The position numbers and the translations under genes were made by a program. From an uncultured Gemmatimonadales bacterium (GTDB lineage: Bacteria; Gemmatimonadota; Gemmatimonadetes; Longimicrobiales; RSA9), in contig CAWFKH010000003.1 in assembly GCA_963816355.1 (NCBI GenBank), forward strand, positions 1,312,001 to 1,376,000: DNA of 64,000 nucleotides, read 5' to 3'. The notes below the pieces were generated by a model that made no database searches, was not told the origin of the DNA, and was given only the letters and a program-made list of their open reading frames with translations. This document shows, piece by piece, positions 1-10,681 of this stretch. Position 1 is the stretch's first letter; each line of letters begins with the position of its first letter.

Positions 1-2
1 AT

Positions 3-653
3 AGCGCGGAGGTGGACGAGATCCGCCGCGCCATGGACGCGGGCCTGATCGACGGCATCACGACGAATCCGTCGTTGCTGTCGAAGGCGGCGGGTTCGGA
101 GGGGGATCCGCGCGAGATCCTGGCGACGATCTGCGACCTGGTACCGGGGCCGATCAGCGCCGAGGTCGTCGCGACGGACACGGACGCGATGATGGCGGAA
201 GGCCGCGAGCTCGTGAAGATCGCGGACAACATCGTGATCAAGGTGCCGCTGACCGAGGCGGGACTGGGCGCGTGCCGCCGGCTCCGGGCGGAAGGGATCA
301 GGGTGAACGTCACGCTCTGCTTCTCGCCCACGCAGGCGCTCCTCGCCGCGAAGGCGGGGGCCACCTACATCTCGCCGTTCGTGGGCCGCGTCGACGACAT
401 CTCCGGCGACGGCATGGACCTGATCCGGCAGATCGTCCAGATCTACGAGAACTACGACTACGAGACGGAGGTCCTCGTCGCATCGGTACGGCACCCACGC
501 CACATGGTGGAGGCGGCGCTGGTCGGCGCCGACGTGGCGACCGTGCCGTTCAAGGTGCTGATGCAGCTGCTCCAGCACCCGCTGACCGACAAGGGGCTGA
601 AGGCGTTCCTGGCGGACTGGGAGAAGCTGCCGGAGGCGCGCAGAGGAATCTAG
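3..653 (+). CDS. fsa: Fructose-6-phosphate aldolase / transaldolase (TalC/MipB family), 5' truncated by the window edge
   Basis: [13 protein letters not shown] (Schiff-base Lys), [16 protein letters not shown] and ASVRHP motifs. The frame is open to the window start (S-A-E-V-D-E-I), so the true start lies upstream. Confidence 0.9.
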   Translation, partial: SAEVDEIRRAMDAGLIDGITTNPSLLSKAAGSEGDPREILATICDLVPGPISAEVVATDTDAMMAEGRELVKIADNIVIKVPLTEAGLGACRRLRAEGIRVNVTLCFSPTQALLAAKAGATYISPFVGRVDDISGDGMDLIRQIVQIYENYDYETEVLVASVRHPRHMVEAALVGADVATVPFKVLMQLLQHPLTDKGLKAFLADWEKLPEARRGI

Positions 654-678
654 AGCGACCGCTGGAAGAGACGAAACG

Positions 679-2232
679 ATGTCGCCGAAGCTTCGCGCCT
701 GGCTCGCCCTGCTCGCGGTCGCCGTGCCGCTCGCGGCGTTCACGGCGCTCGGCGGCCGCGCGCTGAGCCGCGTCGGCGCCGCGCTGGACCAAGGGATCGC
801 GCGGCCGAGCGCGACGCGGACGGCGGCCGAGCGGCCGTCGAGCGCGGCCGCGCCGGGGCCCGCCGGCGCGTCGTCGGCTCTGGCGCTCCCGCCGCTGGCG
901 CGTCCGGAGTCGCAGGCGCGGCCCGCGACGGACTCCCTCGCCGCGTCGCGCAGCACGGCGATCGTGCGTGCGGCGGCCCGCGTCGCGCCGGCGGTGGTGA
1001 GCGTGAACGTGATCAAGCGGGAGGCGGTGCAGCCGCACACGCTGTGGGAGAGCCTGATGATCCCGCCCGGCTACCAGCGCGAGGTGGCGGGTCTCGGCTC
1101 CGGCTTCGTGGTCAACGCGCGCGGGTTGGTCCTGACGAACGACCACGTCGTGCACGGCGCGACGGAGCTGGTCGTGACGCTGCCGGACGGCCGCGACGTG
1201 CCGGCGGAGGTCGTGGGCACCGACGAGGTGAACGACATCGCGCTGCTGCGTCTGAAGCTGCCGGCGGGTGCCACCCCCCTGCCGACGGCGCCGATCGGCA
1301 ACTCGGACGATCTGATGATCGGCGAGTGGGTCGTGGCGATCGGCAACCCGCTCGGATTCCTGCTGTCGAACACCGAGCCGACGGTGACGGCGGGAGTGGT
1401 CAGCGGCGTGCACCGCAACATGATTCCGGGCCAGGGGGCCGAGGGCGGCTACTACCTCGACATGATCCAGACGGACGCATCGATCAACCCTGGCAACTCC
1501 GGCGGCCCGCTGGTCAACGCGCTCGGCCAGGTGGTGGGCGTCAACTCCTCGATCCTGTCGCAGAGCGGCGGCAGCGAGGGGCTCGGCTTCGCGATCCCGA
1601 TCAACCGCGCCCGCCGCATCGCCGCCGACCTGCTGCGGGAGGGGCGGGTGCGGCGGCCGTGGGTGGGGATCGACGTCGCGCCCGCGGACACGGACCTGTG
1701 GGGGCGGAGCCGCGAGGTCCGCATCGCCGGCGTCGCCGACGGCTCGCCCGCCGACCGCGCGGGGATCCGCGCCGGCGCGCTGCTCGTCAAGGCCCGCGGC
1801 CGCGCGGTGCACACGCCGCTCGACTGGGACGCGGCGCTGCTCGACGCGCGCGTCGGCCAGCCGTTGCCGCTGGTCGTGCGCGAAGGCGGTCGGGATCGCG
1901 CCGTCGCCGTCACGCCGGGCGACCTTCCATCGATGAGCGCGGAGCGGATCCGCGCGCTGTCCGACTTCGAGCTGGTGACGCTGACGGCGGCGATCCGGTC
2001 GGAACGCGACGTCGCGAGCGACCACGGCGCGCTGATCGTGGACCTCTCCGCCGCCGCGCAGAACGAGCTCGGCCTGGAGAAGGGGGACGTGATCGTGCAG
2101 ATCAATCGCACGCCGATCCGCACGGCGGAGCAAGCGGCGCAGCTGCTCCGCCGCCTCGCCGGCCGCGGCGGCGTGCGGCTGATCTTCGAGCGCCAGAGGC
2201 AGCTCGTCTCGACCTGGTTCACCATTGGCTGA
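679..2232 (+). CDS. HtrA/DegP-family serine protease with N-terminal signal/anchor and two PDZ domains
   Basis: GLGSGF, TNDHVV (His), DIALL (Asp), IQTDASINPGNSGGPL (Ser); PDZ-like segments GSPADRAGI and GLEKGDVIVQIN. Confidence 0.93.
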   Translation: MSPKLRAWLALLAVAVPLAAFTALGGRALSRVGAALDQGIARPSATRTAAERPSSAAAPGPAGASSALALPPLARPESQARPATDSLAASRSTAIVRAAARVAPAVVSVNVIKREAVQPHTLWESLMIPPGYQREVAGLGSGFVVNARGLVLTNDHVVHGATELVVTLPDGRDVPAEVVGTDEVNDIALLRLKLPAGATPLPTAPIGNSDDLMIGEWVVAIGNPLGFLLSNTEPTVTAGVVSGVHRNMIPGQGAEGGYYLDMIQTDASINPGNSGGPLVNALGQVVGVNSSILSQSGGSEGLGFAIPINRARRIAADLLREGRVRRPWVGIDVAPADTDLWGRSREVRIAGVADGSPADRAGIRAGALLVKARGRAVHTPLDWDAALLDARVGQPLPLVVREGGRDRAVAVTPGDLPSMSAERIRALSDFELVTLTAAIRSERDVASDHGALIVDLSAAAQNELGLEKGDVIVQINRTPIRTAEQAAQLLRRLAGRGGVRLIFERQRQLVSTWFTIG

Positions 2233-3661
2233 GGCCGCCGGGACGTATCAGAACCCGCTGGTCGAGCGCTACGCGTCGGTCGAGATGAGCCGGATCTTCT
2301 CGCCGGCGCGGAAGTTCGCGACGTGGCGGCGGCTGTGGCTCGCGCTCGCGGAGTCGCAGCAAGAGCTCGGGCTTCCGATCTCCGACGCGGCGCTCGCGGC
2401 GATGCGGAGCCACCTGGACGACGTCGACGCCGATCGTGCGGACGAGCTGGAGCGACGCTTCCGCCACGACGTGATGGCGCACGTCCACCTCTTCGGCGAG
2501 GTGGCGCCGGAAGCGCGCGGGGTGATCCATCTCGGCGCGACGAGCGCCTACGTCGCGGACAACGCGGACCTGATCGCGCAGCGCGACGCATTGCGCCTGG
2601 TACTGCGACGCCTGGTCGCGTGCATCGCGGCGCTGGCCGCGTTCGCGAGGCGCCACCGCGACACGGCGACGCTCGGCTACACGCACTTCCAGCCCGCCCA
2701 GCCGACCACGGTCGGCAAGCGGGCGACGCTATGGCTGCAGGACCTGCTGCTCGACGTCGAGGAGGTCGAGCAGAGGCTCGCGACGTTCCGCTTCCGCGGC
2801 GTGCGCGGCACGACGGGAACGGAGGCGTCCTTCCTCGAGCTGTTCGAGGGAGACCACGAGCGCGTCGAGGAGCTGGGCCGGCGGGTGGCGCGGAAGATGG
2901 ACTTCGAGCGCGTCTTCGCCGTGACCGCCCAGACGTACCCGCGCAAGGCGGACTACGGCCTGCTCGCCGCGCTCGCGGGGATCGCGACGTCTACATCCAA
3001 GTTCGCGCACGACCTGCGGCTGCTTGCGCACCTGCGCGAGGTCGAGGAGCCGTTCGAGGAGGAGCAGATCGGCTCGTCCGCGATGGCGTACAAGCGCAAC
3101 CCGATGCGGGCGGAGCGGATCACCGCCCTGGCGCGGCACGTGATCGCGCTTTCGCTCGACCCGGCGATGACCGCGGCGACGCAGTGGCTCGAGCGCACGC
3201 TCGACGACTCGGCCAACCGCCGCATCGCGATCCCGGAATCCTTCCTGGCGACGGACGCGACGCTGCTGCTGGTGCACAACGTGGCGGGCGGCCTCGTCGT
3301 GCGGGAGCACGCCGTGCGCCGGCACCTCGAGGCGGAGCTGCCGTTCCTCGCCACGGAGCCGATCCTGATGCTGGCGGCGCGGCGCGGCGGCGACCGCCAG
3401 GCGCTGCACGAACGGATCCGCAGGCACGCGCTGGCGGCCGCTGAGCGGATGAAGGAGGAGGGCGCGGCGAACGACCTGGCCGAGCGCATCGCCGACGACG
3501 CCGCCTTCGCCCTCTCGCGTGCGGAGATCGCCGCGCTGCTCGACCCGGCGCGCCACGTGGGCCGCGCGCCGCAGCAGGTGGACGCCTTCCTGGCGGGGGA
3601 CGTCGCGCGCGTGCTGGAACGGCACCCGGTCGACACCGGCGTGCCCGAGCTGCGAGCATAG
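2225..3661 (+). CDS. purB: Adenylosuccinate lyase
   Basis: RHDVMAH, HLGATS, GYTHFQPAQ and SSAMAYKRNP signatures; TTG start overlaps the htrA stop. Confidence 0.95.
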   Translation: MAEAAGTYQNPLVERYASVEMSRIFSPARKFATWRRLWLALAESQQELGLPISDAALAAMRSHLDDVDADRADELERRFRHDVMAHVHLFGEVAPEARGVIHLGATSAYVADNADLIAQRDALRLVLRRLVACIAALAAFARRHRDTATLGYTHFQPAQPTTVGKRATLWLQDLLLDVEEVEQRLATFRFRGVRGTTGTEASFLELFEGDHERVEELGRRVARKMDFERVFAVTAQTYPRKADYGLLAALAGIATSTSKFAHDLRLLAHLREVEEPFEEEQIGSSAMAYKRNPMRAERITALARHVIALSLDPAMTAATQWLERTLDDSANRRIAIPESFLATDATLLLVHNVAGGLVVREHAVRRHLEAELPFLATEPILMLAARRGGDRQALHERIRRHALAAAERMKEEGAANDLAERIADDAAFALSRAEIAALLDPARHVGRAPQQVDAFLAGDVARVLERHPVDTGVPELRA

Positions 3662-3674
3662 GAGCGGAAGAGGG

Positions 3675-4619
3675 ATGAAGCCGATCGCGCGCACCGAGCT
3701 GCCGCTGCCACTCGTGGGCCAGGGGAAGGTCCGCGACATCTACGACGCGGGAGAGAACCGGCTGCTGGTGGTGGCGACGGACCGGATCAGCGCCTTCGAC
3801 GTCGTGCTGCCGCAGCCGATCCCGTGGAAAGGGATCGTGCTGACGCAGATCACGGAGTGGTGGCTGGAGCGGCTGACGGAAGCGCCGCCGCACCACCTGA
3901 TCACGGTCGATCCGGAGCGCATCGTGGCGGCGCTGCCGACGCTCGCGGACTCGCGCGATGCCTGGGCGGGGCGCGCGTCGCTCGTCTGGCGCACGACGCC
4001 GATCCCGATCGAGTGCGTGGTGCGCGGCTATCTCTCCGGCTCGGCGTGGAAGGAGTACCGCGAGGCGGGCACGCTGGCCGGCGAGGCGCTGCCGGAGGGG
4101 ATGGTGGAGAGCGACCGGCTCGATCCACCGATCTTCTCGCCGGCGACGAAGGCGGAGAGCGGCCACGACGAGAACATCCCGTTCGCCGAAGTCGAACACC
4201 GCCTCGGCCGTGCGCTCGCCGGCGAGCTGCGCCGTCGATCGCTGGAGCTCTACGAGGAGGGCCGCTCGATCGCCGGCCGCTGCGGCATCGTCATCGCCGA
4301 CACGAAGTTCGAGTTCGGCACGCTGCCGAGCGGCGAGCTGCTGCTGATCGACGAGACGCTGACGCCGGACTCTTCACGCTTCTGGCCGGAAGAGAGCTAC
4401 GCGACCGGTCGCGGGCAGCCGTCCCTCGACAAGCAGCCGGTGCGGGACTTCCTCGAGGAGCTGACGTCGCGAGGAGAGTGGAACAAGCGCCCGCCGGCGC
4501 CCGAGCTGCCGCCGGAAGTCGTGGCGGCGACGTCGCAGCGATACCGCGACGTCTTCCGGCGCCTGAGCGGCGTCTCGATCGGGGCGTACCTGGAGCGGCC
4601 GCGGGAGGAGGCGGGGTGA
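3675..4619 (+). CDS. purC: SAICAR synthetase
   Basis: GKVRDIY, TDRISAFD, ECVVRGYLSGS, ADTKFEFG, TPDSSRFW, DKQ. Start reassigned to ATG 3675 after a purine-rich RBS. Confidence 0.95.
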   Translation: MKPIARTELPLPLVGQGKVRDIYDAGENRLLVVATDRISAFDVVLPQPIPWKGIVLTQITEWWLERLTEAPPHHLITVDPERIVAALPTLADSRDAWAGRASLVWRTTPIPIECVVRGYLSGSAWKEYREAGTLAGEALPEGMVESDRLDPPIFSPATKAESGHDENIPFAEVEHRLGRALAGELRRRSLELYEEGRSIAGRCGIVIADTKFEFGTLPSGELLLIDETLTPDSSRFWPEESYATGRGQPSLDKQPVRDFLEELTSRGEWNKRPPAPELPPEVVAATSQRYRDVFRRLSGVSIGAYLERPREEAG

Positions 4620-4648
4620 AGCGGAGCCGCGCGGAGGAGGTCGCATGA
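4616..4648 (+). pseudogene. 10-codon mini-ORF (GTG start; [11 protein letters not shown]) coupled to purC and pssA; possible deleted-gene scar
   Basis: GTGA overlap with the purC stop, ATGA overlap with the pssA start, GGAGGAGG just upstream. Confidence 0.4.
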
Positions 4649-5568
4649 GGCCGCGCCGTCTGCAACGCGGTGTCATCATCGTGCCGAGCGCGCTCACGCT
4701 GGCGAACCTGTTCTTCGGGCTGTGGGCGATCGTCGCCGCGTCGCGAGGCGACTTCTACGGCTCCGCGTGGCTGATCGTACTGGCGGGGATCGCGGACATG
4801 ATCGACGGCCGCGTCGCGCGCGTGACGCAGACCGGCAGCCGCTTCGGCGAGGAGCTCGACTCGCTGGTCGACGCGATCAGCTTCGGCGTGGCGCCGGCGA
4901 CGATCGTCTTCTTCCTCTTCCTGTCGCGCGAGCAGTGGGGGTGGATCGCCAGCTTCATCTACGTCGCCGGCGCCGTCATCCGGCTGGCGCGCTTCAACGT
5001 CGAGCAGGCCGGCGTGGCGAAGACGCATTTCCACGGCCTTCCCTCCCCCACCGCGGGGATGACGCTCGCGACGTTCTATCCGTTCAGCCAGACGCCGCTC
5101 TTCGCGCGCTGGTTCGCCGGCTTCAACTGGCCGTTCCTCATGATCGCGCTCATGATCCTGCTGAGCGCCCTCATGCTGAGCCACGTGCTCTATCCGGTCG
5201 TCCCGAAGTTCGGGTTCCGCACGCCGAAGGGGATCGCCACCGGCGTCTTCATGCTCGCCGCCGTCGTCGCCGCCTTCACCGTGCCGGCGTACTTCTTCTT
5301 CCCCTTCTTCGTCGCCTACATCGGATACGGGCTGCTCACGGCGCTCGTGCTGGGCTTCTTCGAGCGGCTTCCCGAGCGGGACGTGCTGATCGACGATGAC
5401 GGCGACGAAGCGGGGGCGGAGCTGCGCGAGATCGACTACGACGAGCTGCGCGGGCCGGGCGGGCTCGGACGGCGACGCCGCCGTCGCCATCGCCGCCGGC
5501 GCGGCACCGCGGATCCGGGGAGCCGTCACGGCGCCGGCGCGGAACAGGGGAACGAGGAGGGAAGATGA
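4645..5568 (+). CDS. pssA: CDP-diacylglycerol--serine O-phosphatidyltransferase (CDP-alcohol phosphotransferase)
   Basis: [18 protein letters not shown]...[33 protein letters not shown]; multiple TM segments. Confidence 0.88.
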   Translation: MRPRRLQRGVIIVPSALTLANLFFGLWAIVAASRGDFYGSAWLIVLAGIADMIDGRVARVTQTGSRFGEELDSLVDAISFGVAPATIVFFLFLSREQWGWIASFIYVAGAVIRLARFNVEQAGVAKTHFHGLPSPTAGMTLATFYPFSQTPLFARWFAGFNWPFLMIALMILLSALMLSHVLYPVVPKFGFRTPKGIATGVFMLAAVVAAFTVPAYFFFPFFVAYIGYGLLTALVLGFFERLPERDVLIDDDGDEAGAELREIDYDELRGPGGLGRRRRRRHRRRRGTADPGSRHGAGAEQGNEEGR

Positions 5569-5824
5569 CGGATTACGGCGTCGTCGCGCGAATCACGCCA
5601 CGGCAGGGCCTGCTCGATCCCGAGGGGAAGGCGATCGGCGGCGCGCTGCACTCGCTCGGTTTCGAGCAGGTCCGCGAGGTCCGGGTCGGGCGGCTAGTGC
5701 GCCTTCGCGTCGCGGCGGATTCGGCGGACGCGGCGCTGGAGCGCGCCCGGGAGATGTGCGAGAAGCTGCTGGCGAACCCCGTCACGGAGGACTTCGCGCT
5801 CGAGATCGCGGAGGAAGACTCGTG

Positions 5825-5825
<1 letters not shown>
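5565..5825 (+). CDS. purS: FGAM synthase subunit PurS
   Basis: LLDPEGKAI and [13 protein letters not shown] motifs; 86 aa; lies directly before purQ. Confidence 0.95.
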
Positions 5826-6532
<707 letters not shown>

Positions 6533-6576
6533 GCGAGCCGGACCTCTTTTCCCACCCGACCTACCGGAGGAAGCCG

Positions 6577-7515
6577 ATGCGGAAGATGCTCCCGGCGGCG
6601 CCGCTGACGGCGCCGCTCCTGTTCGCGACGCCGCTCCTGCTCGCCGCGTCGCTGGCCGTGCCCGGAGCCGCCGTGGCTCAGGGGATGGACAGCGTGCGGA
6701 TCCGCGTGGTGCCGGTGGCGCCGGGCGTCCACATGCTGATGGGGTCGGGCGGCAACATCGGCGTCTCGTCCGGTCCGGACGGCGTCTTCGTGATCGACGA
6801 CGAGTTCGCGCCGCTCACGGACCGGATCGTGGCGGCGATCCGCACGTTCAGCGACGGCCCGATCCGTTTCCTGGTCAACACCCACTGGCACGGAGACCAC
6901 ACCGGCGGCAACGCCAACTTCGCGGGACGCGGCGTGGTGATCTTCGCGCAGGACAACGTGCGCGAGCGGCTAAAGCTGCCGCGGCCGGGCCGCGACGGCC
7001 AGCCCGCGCCGGCGCCGCCGGCCGCGGCGCTTCCGGTCGTGACGTTCGCGGACGCGATCACGTTCCACATGAACGACGACTCCGTCTACGTCTTCCACGT
7101 GCCGCCCGCGCACACCGACGGCGATGCGGTGATCCACTTCACGCACGCCAACGCGGTGCACATGGGAGACACCTTCTTCAACGGCCACTATCCATACGTC
7201 GACCTGCAGAGCGGCGGCTCGATCGAGGGCATCATCGCGGCCGCGGACACGGTGCTGAAACTCGCCGACGAGGGCACGGCGATCATTCCCGGCCACGGCG
7301 AGCTGGGGGACAGGGCGTCGCTGCAGGCATACCGTGACGTGGTGAAGACGGTGCGAGACCGTGTCGCCGCGCTGATCGAGCAGGGGAAGACGCTGGCGGA
7401 GATCCAGGCCGCGGCGCCGTCGAAGGAGTTCGACGCGAAGTGGGGTTGGGACTTCATCCCGCCCGCTCGCTTCGTGGAGGAGATCTACCGCAGTCTGGCA
7501 CCCGAGAGCCGCTGA
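6577..7515 (+). CDS. Exported metallo-beta-lactamase-fold hydrolase (cyclase-like subfamily)
   Basis: Signal peptide ending AVA-Q; NTHWHGDH, HTDGD, HMGD and IPGHG metal motifs; GGAGG RBS at 6566-6570. Confidence 0.85.
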   Translation: MRKMLPAAPLTAPLLFATPLLLAASLAVPGAAVAQGMDSVRIRVVPVAPGVHMLMGSGGNIGVSSGPDGVFVIDDEFAPLTDRIVAAIRTFSDGPIRFLVNTHWHGDHTGGNANFAGRGVVIFAQDNVRERLKLPRPGRDGQPAPAPPAAALPVVTFADAITFHMNDDSVYVFHVPPAHTDGDAVIHFTHANAVHMGDTFFNGHYPYVDLQSGGSIEGIIAAADTVLKLADEGTAIIPGHGELGDRASLQAYRDVVKTVRDRVAALIEQGKTLAEIQAAAPSKEFDAKWGWDFIPPARFVEEIYRSLAPESR

Positions 7516-7552
7516 AGCGCAGCCGAACCGAAACCTCATCCGGAGTACGTCC

Positions 7553-10504
7553 GTGGCCCGGAAGAACGCGGAATCGCATCAGGTCGAGGCGGGATCGCCC
7601 GACCCACGTCCGCTCACCCGCCGCAGCTTCCTCGCGCAGGCGGGCCAGCTCGGCGGTGGCATGCTGATCGTGCCGGGATTGGGGGGCATCTTCGATCCCG
7701 GCGCGGCCACCGGCGCGGCCACCGGCGCGGCGCCGGCGACGGAGGCGGGCGCGGCGACCGCTGCACCCGGCTTCACCGCCGCGGCGGGGCCGCTGCCGGA
7801 GCGTCTCTACGCGGGCCTGGAGTGGCGGATGCTCGGGCCGTTCCGCGGCGGGCGCGTGGACGCGGTCACCGGCGTGCCCGGCCGGCCGAACGAATTCTAC
7901 TTCGGGCACGTGAACGCGGGTGTGTGGAAGACGGTGGACGCGGGCCGGGTCTGGGAACCGGTCTTCGACGCTCAGCCGGTGGCGTCGATCGGAGCGATCG
8001 CGGTCGCGCCGTCGTCGCCGGATGTCATGTACGTGGGCAGCGGCGAATCGACGCTGCGCGATTCCGTGGGATACGGCGACGGCGTCTACCGAACGAGTGA
8101 CGGCGGCCGCACGTGGACGCACCTCGGCCTCGAAGCGACCCAGCACATCGGCAAGGTCGCGGTGCACCCGAAGGATCCCGACACCGTCTTCGTCGCTGCG
8201 ATCGGGCACTTCTACGCAGCGAATCCGGAGCGCGGCGTGTTCCGCTCGAGGGACGGCGGCCGGAGCTGGCAGAAGGTGCTCTTCAAGGGACCGGACGTGG
8301 GCGCGGTCGAGGTCGTCATCGATCCGACGAACCCGGACGTCGTCTACGCGGGCTTGTGGAATACGCGGCGCCCGCCGTGGTTCGTGTACCCGCCGACGAA
8401 CGGCCCCGGTGGCGGCATCTACAAGTCGACTGATGGCGGCGACACGTGGACTCCGCTGACCGCCGGGCTTCCTGCGGAGGGGATCGGCCGCACCGGGATC
8501 GCGGTGGCGCCGACCGATCCGAATCGCGTCTACGCGCTGGTCGACTGCCTGCTGCCGGAGCCGGGCGCGAAGCCGACGGCACCGGCGGCGGCGAACTTCG
8601 GACAGGGGGACGGCACGCCGCGGCAAGGCGGCTTCTTCCGCTCCGACGACGGGGGCGCCACATGGCGCCGGCTCTCCTCCGACATGGCCCTGTGGGGGCG
8701 CGGCTGGTACTTCGAGCACGTGGTCGTCGATCCCACCGACGCGGACGTCGTCTACGTGTCGAACGTGTCCGTCTCGCGCTCCATGGACGGCGGCCGGACG
8801 TGGGTGGCGCTGCGCGGCTCGCCCGGCGGCGACGACTATCACCAGGCGTGGATCTCGCCGGACGATCCGAACACGATGATCGTCGCGAGCGACCAGGGCT
8901 GCATCATCACGCGCAACGCGAAGACTCACGATCCCCGCCAGGTGACGTGGAGCTCCTGGCTGAACCAGCCGACGGCGCAGATCTACCACGTGTCCGTCGA
9001 CCCGCGCGTGCCCTACTGGGTCACCGGCGCGCAGCAGGACAGCGGCGCCGTCGCGGTGCGCTCGCGCGGCAAGTTCGGCGAGATCTCGATGCGGGACTGG
9101 GAGCCGATCGGCGCGGGCGGCGAGAGCGGGTACACGGCGGGCGACCCGCTGCACCCCGGCATCGTGTACGGCGGCACGGGGAGCCGCTACGACCTCGCGC
9201 TGAACCGCGACGTGCCCGGCACCACGGCGCCGCAATCGAAGGAGAAGGTGCCGGCGCGGCGCGACTGGACGCAGCCGCTGGTGCTCTCGCCGGCGGACCC
9301 GCGCGCGCTCTATTACGCGGATCAGTTCGTCTTCCGCTCGAACGACGGCGCGCGCTCCTGGACGCAGATCAGCGGCGACCTGACGCGCCCGGACCCGGGC
9401 GTCCCCTCCACCCTCGACGCCGCCGCCGCGGCGGACGTCGATCCGACGCGCAACGGCAAGCGCGGCGTCGTCTATACGATCGCACCCTCGCCGCTCCTCG
9501 TCCCGATGGTGTGGGTGGGCACCGACGACGGCCTCGTCCACGTCACGACGGACGGCGGCGCGTCGTGGCGCGACGTGACGCCGAAGCCGCTCACGCCGTG
9601 GAGCCGCGTGACGATGATCGAGGCGTCGCACTTCGACTTCGGCACCGCGTACGCAAGCGTCGACCGGCACCAGTTGCAGGACTTCGATCCCTACATCTAC
9701 CGCACGCGCGATCAGGGCCGCACGTGGCAGCGGATCACCGAGGGGCTGCCCGCCGGCGTCTACGTGCACACCGTCAAGGAGGACCCGGAGCGCCGTGGCC
9801 TGCTCTTCGCCGGCACCGAGCGTGGCGCCTTCGTCTCCTTCGACGACGGCGACCACTGGCAGCCGCTGCAGCTCAACCTGCCCGTGACGTCGGTGCGCGA
9901 TTTCCAGGCGTACGGTCAGGACCTGATCGTCGCCACGCACGGCCGCGGCTTCTGGGTGATCGACGACATGAGTCCGCTGCGGCAGGTGAGCGCAGAGATC
10001 GCAGCGTCCGATGCACACCTCTTCCAGCCGGCGGACGCGATCGACTTCGACCAGGGCGGCGACAACGGCACCCCTCTGCAGAAGGACGAGCCGCAGGCGG
10101 AGAACCCACCGGCGGGAGCCTACCTCTACTACTACCTCGGCAAGAAGCCGGCAGGCCCTGTGACCCTCGAGATCCTCGATGGCGACGGCGCCACGCTGCA
10201 CACGTTCTCGAGCGCCACCGAGCCGGCCGCCGCGGGCGCGGGCGGCGCCGCTCGCGCAGACGGCATTCCGAACACGTCTCCGCTGTGGCGCCCGCCACCG
10301 GTCCCCTTCTCCGCCGAGCCGGGGCTCCACCGCGCCGTGTGGCGCCCGAACACCGGCGGCCGCCGCGGCTTCGGCCGCCGCCGCGGACCGGAGGAGCCGG
10401 TCGTGAGCCTGCCGCGCACCTTCTCGGCCAGGCTCACGGTCGACGGCCGCACCTACACGCGCTCCTTCTCCGTACAGCCGGACCCGAGCTCGCCCGCCGG
10501 CTGA
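7553..10504 (+). CDS. Tat-exported VPS10/BNR (Asp-box) beta-propeller protein, putative glycosyl hydrolase-like
   Basis: TRRSFL twin-arginine motif; WRMLGPFRGGRV N-terminal motif; many S/T-x-D-x-G-x-T/S-W Asp boxes; ATHGRGFWVIDD. Confidence 0.85.
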   Translation: MARKNAESHQVEAGSPDPRPLTRRSFLAQAGQLGGGMLIVPGLGGIFDPGAATGAATGAAPATEAGAATAAPGFTAAAGPLPERLYAGLEWRMLGPFRGGRVDAVTGVPGRPNEFYFGHVNAGVWKTVDAGRVWEPVFDAQPVASIGAIAVAPSSPDVMYVGSGESTLRDSVGYGDGVYRTSDGGRTWTHLGLEATQHIGKVAVHPKDPDTVFVAAIGHFYAANPERGVFRSRDGGRSWQKVLFKGPDVGAVEVVIDPTNPDVVYAGLWNTRRPPWFVYPPTNGPGGGIYKSTDGGDTWTPLTAGLPAEGIGRTGIAVAPTDPNRVYALVDCLLPEPGAKPTAPAAANFGQGDGTPRQGGFFRSDDGGATWRRLSSDMALWGRGWYFEHVVVDPTDADVVYVSNVSVSRSMDGGRTWVALRGSPGGDDYHQAWISPDDPNTMIVASDQGCIITRNAKTHDPRQVTWSSWLNQPTAQIYHVSVDPRVPYWVTGAQQDSGAVAVRSRGKFGEISMRDWEPIGAGGESGYTAGDPLHPGIVYGGTGSRYDLALNRDVPGTTAPQSKEKVPARRDWTQPLVLSPADPRALYYADQFVFRSNDGARSWTQISGDLTRPDPGVPSTLDAAAAADVDPTRNGKRGVVYTIAPSPLLVPMVWVGTDDGLVHVTTDGGASWRDVTPKPLTPWSRVTMIEASHFDFGTAYASVDRHQLQDFDPYIYRTRDQGRTWQRITEGLPAGVYVHTVKEDPERRGLLFAGTERGAFVSFDDGDHWQPLQLNLPVTSVRDFQAYGQDLIVATHGRGFWVIDDMSPLRQVSAEIAASDAHLFQPADAIDFDQGGDNGTPLQKDEPQAENPPAGAYLYYYLGKKPAGPVTLEILDGDGATLHTFSSATEPAAAGAGGAARADGIPNTSPLWRPPPVPFSAEPGLHRAVWRPNTGGRRGFGRRRGPEEPVVSLPRTFSARLTVDGRTYTRSFSVQPDPSSPAG
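7698..7731 (+). repeat. 12-bp tandem repeat CCGGCGCGGCCA (about 2.8 copies) encoding a GAAT-GAAT-GAA linker
   Basis: Read directly from the sequence, downstream of the Tat signal. Confidence 0.8.
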
Positions 10505-10576
10505 GCCGCGCCGCTATGGACCGCGGCACGGCCGCTCCGGGGAACCGGCCTTCCCACCCCGCGCGTTAGCGGCACA

Positions 10577-10609
10577 GGAGCCGGTGGCGGATTCGTCCGC
10601 CATCGCTCC
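10577..10609 (+). terminator. Stable intergenic hairpin (GGCGGA-TTCG-TCCGCC core); possible terminator or mRNA stabiliser
   Basis: Inverted repeat with a UUCG loop between the BNR gene and the lipoprotein gene; no U-tract. Confidence 0.4.
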
Positions 10610-10681
10610 GCCGCCAGGCAGCGCCACGACGCCGCATCCGGCGCCCGCGGCGCGCAACCGCGAACGCGAGGGAGGAAAGCG

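Noticed and set aside
6577..7515. Metallo-beta-lactamase antibiotic-resistance gene
   Set aside because: It has HxHxDH and a GD bridging-Asp motif rather than the B1 Cys ligand, which fits generic MBL-fold hydrolases.
7454..10330. Long antisense or alternative-frame ORFs here and at 30406..33162, 35265..37394, 37534..40467 and 43029..44999
   Set aside because: Expected from stop-codon scarcity at high GC; they overlap well-supported genes and are low-complexity Arg/Pro/Ala.
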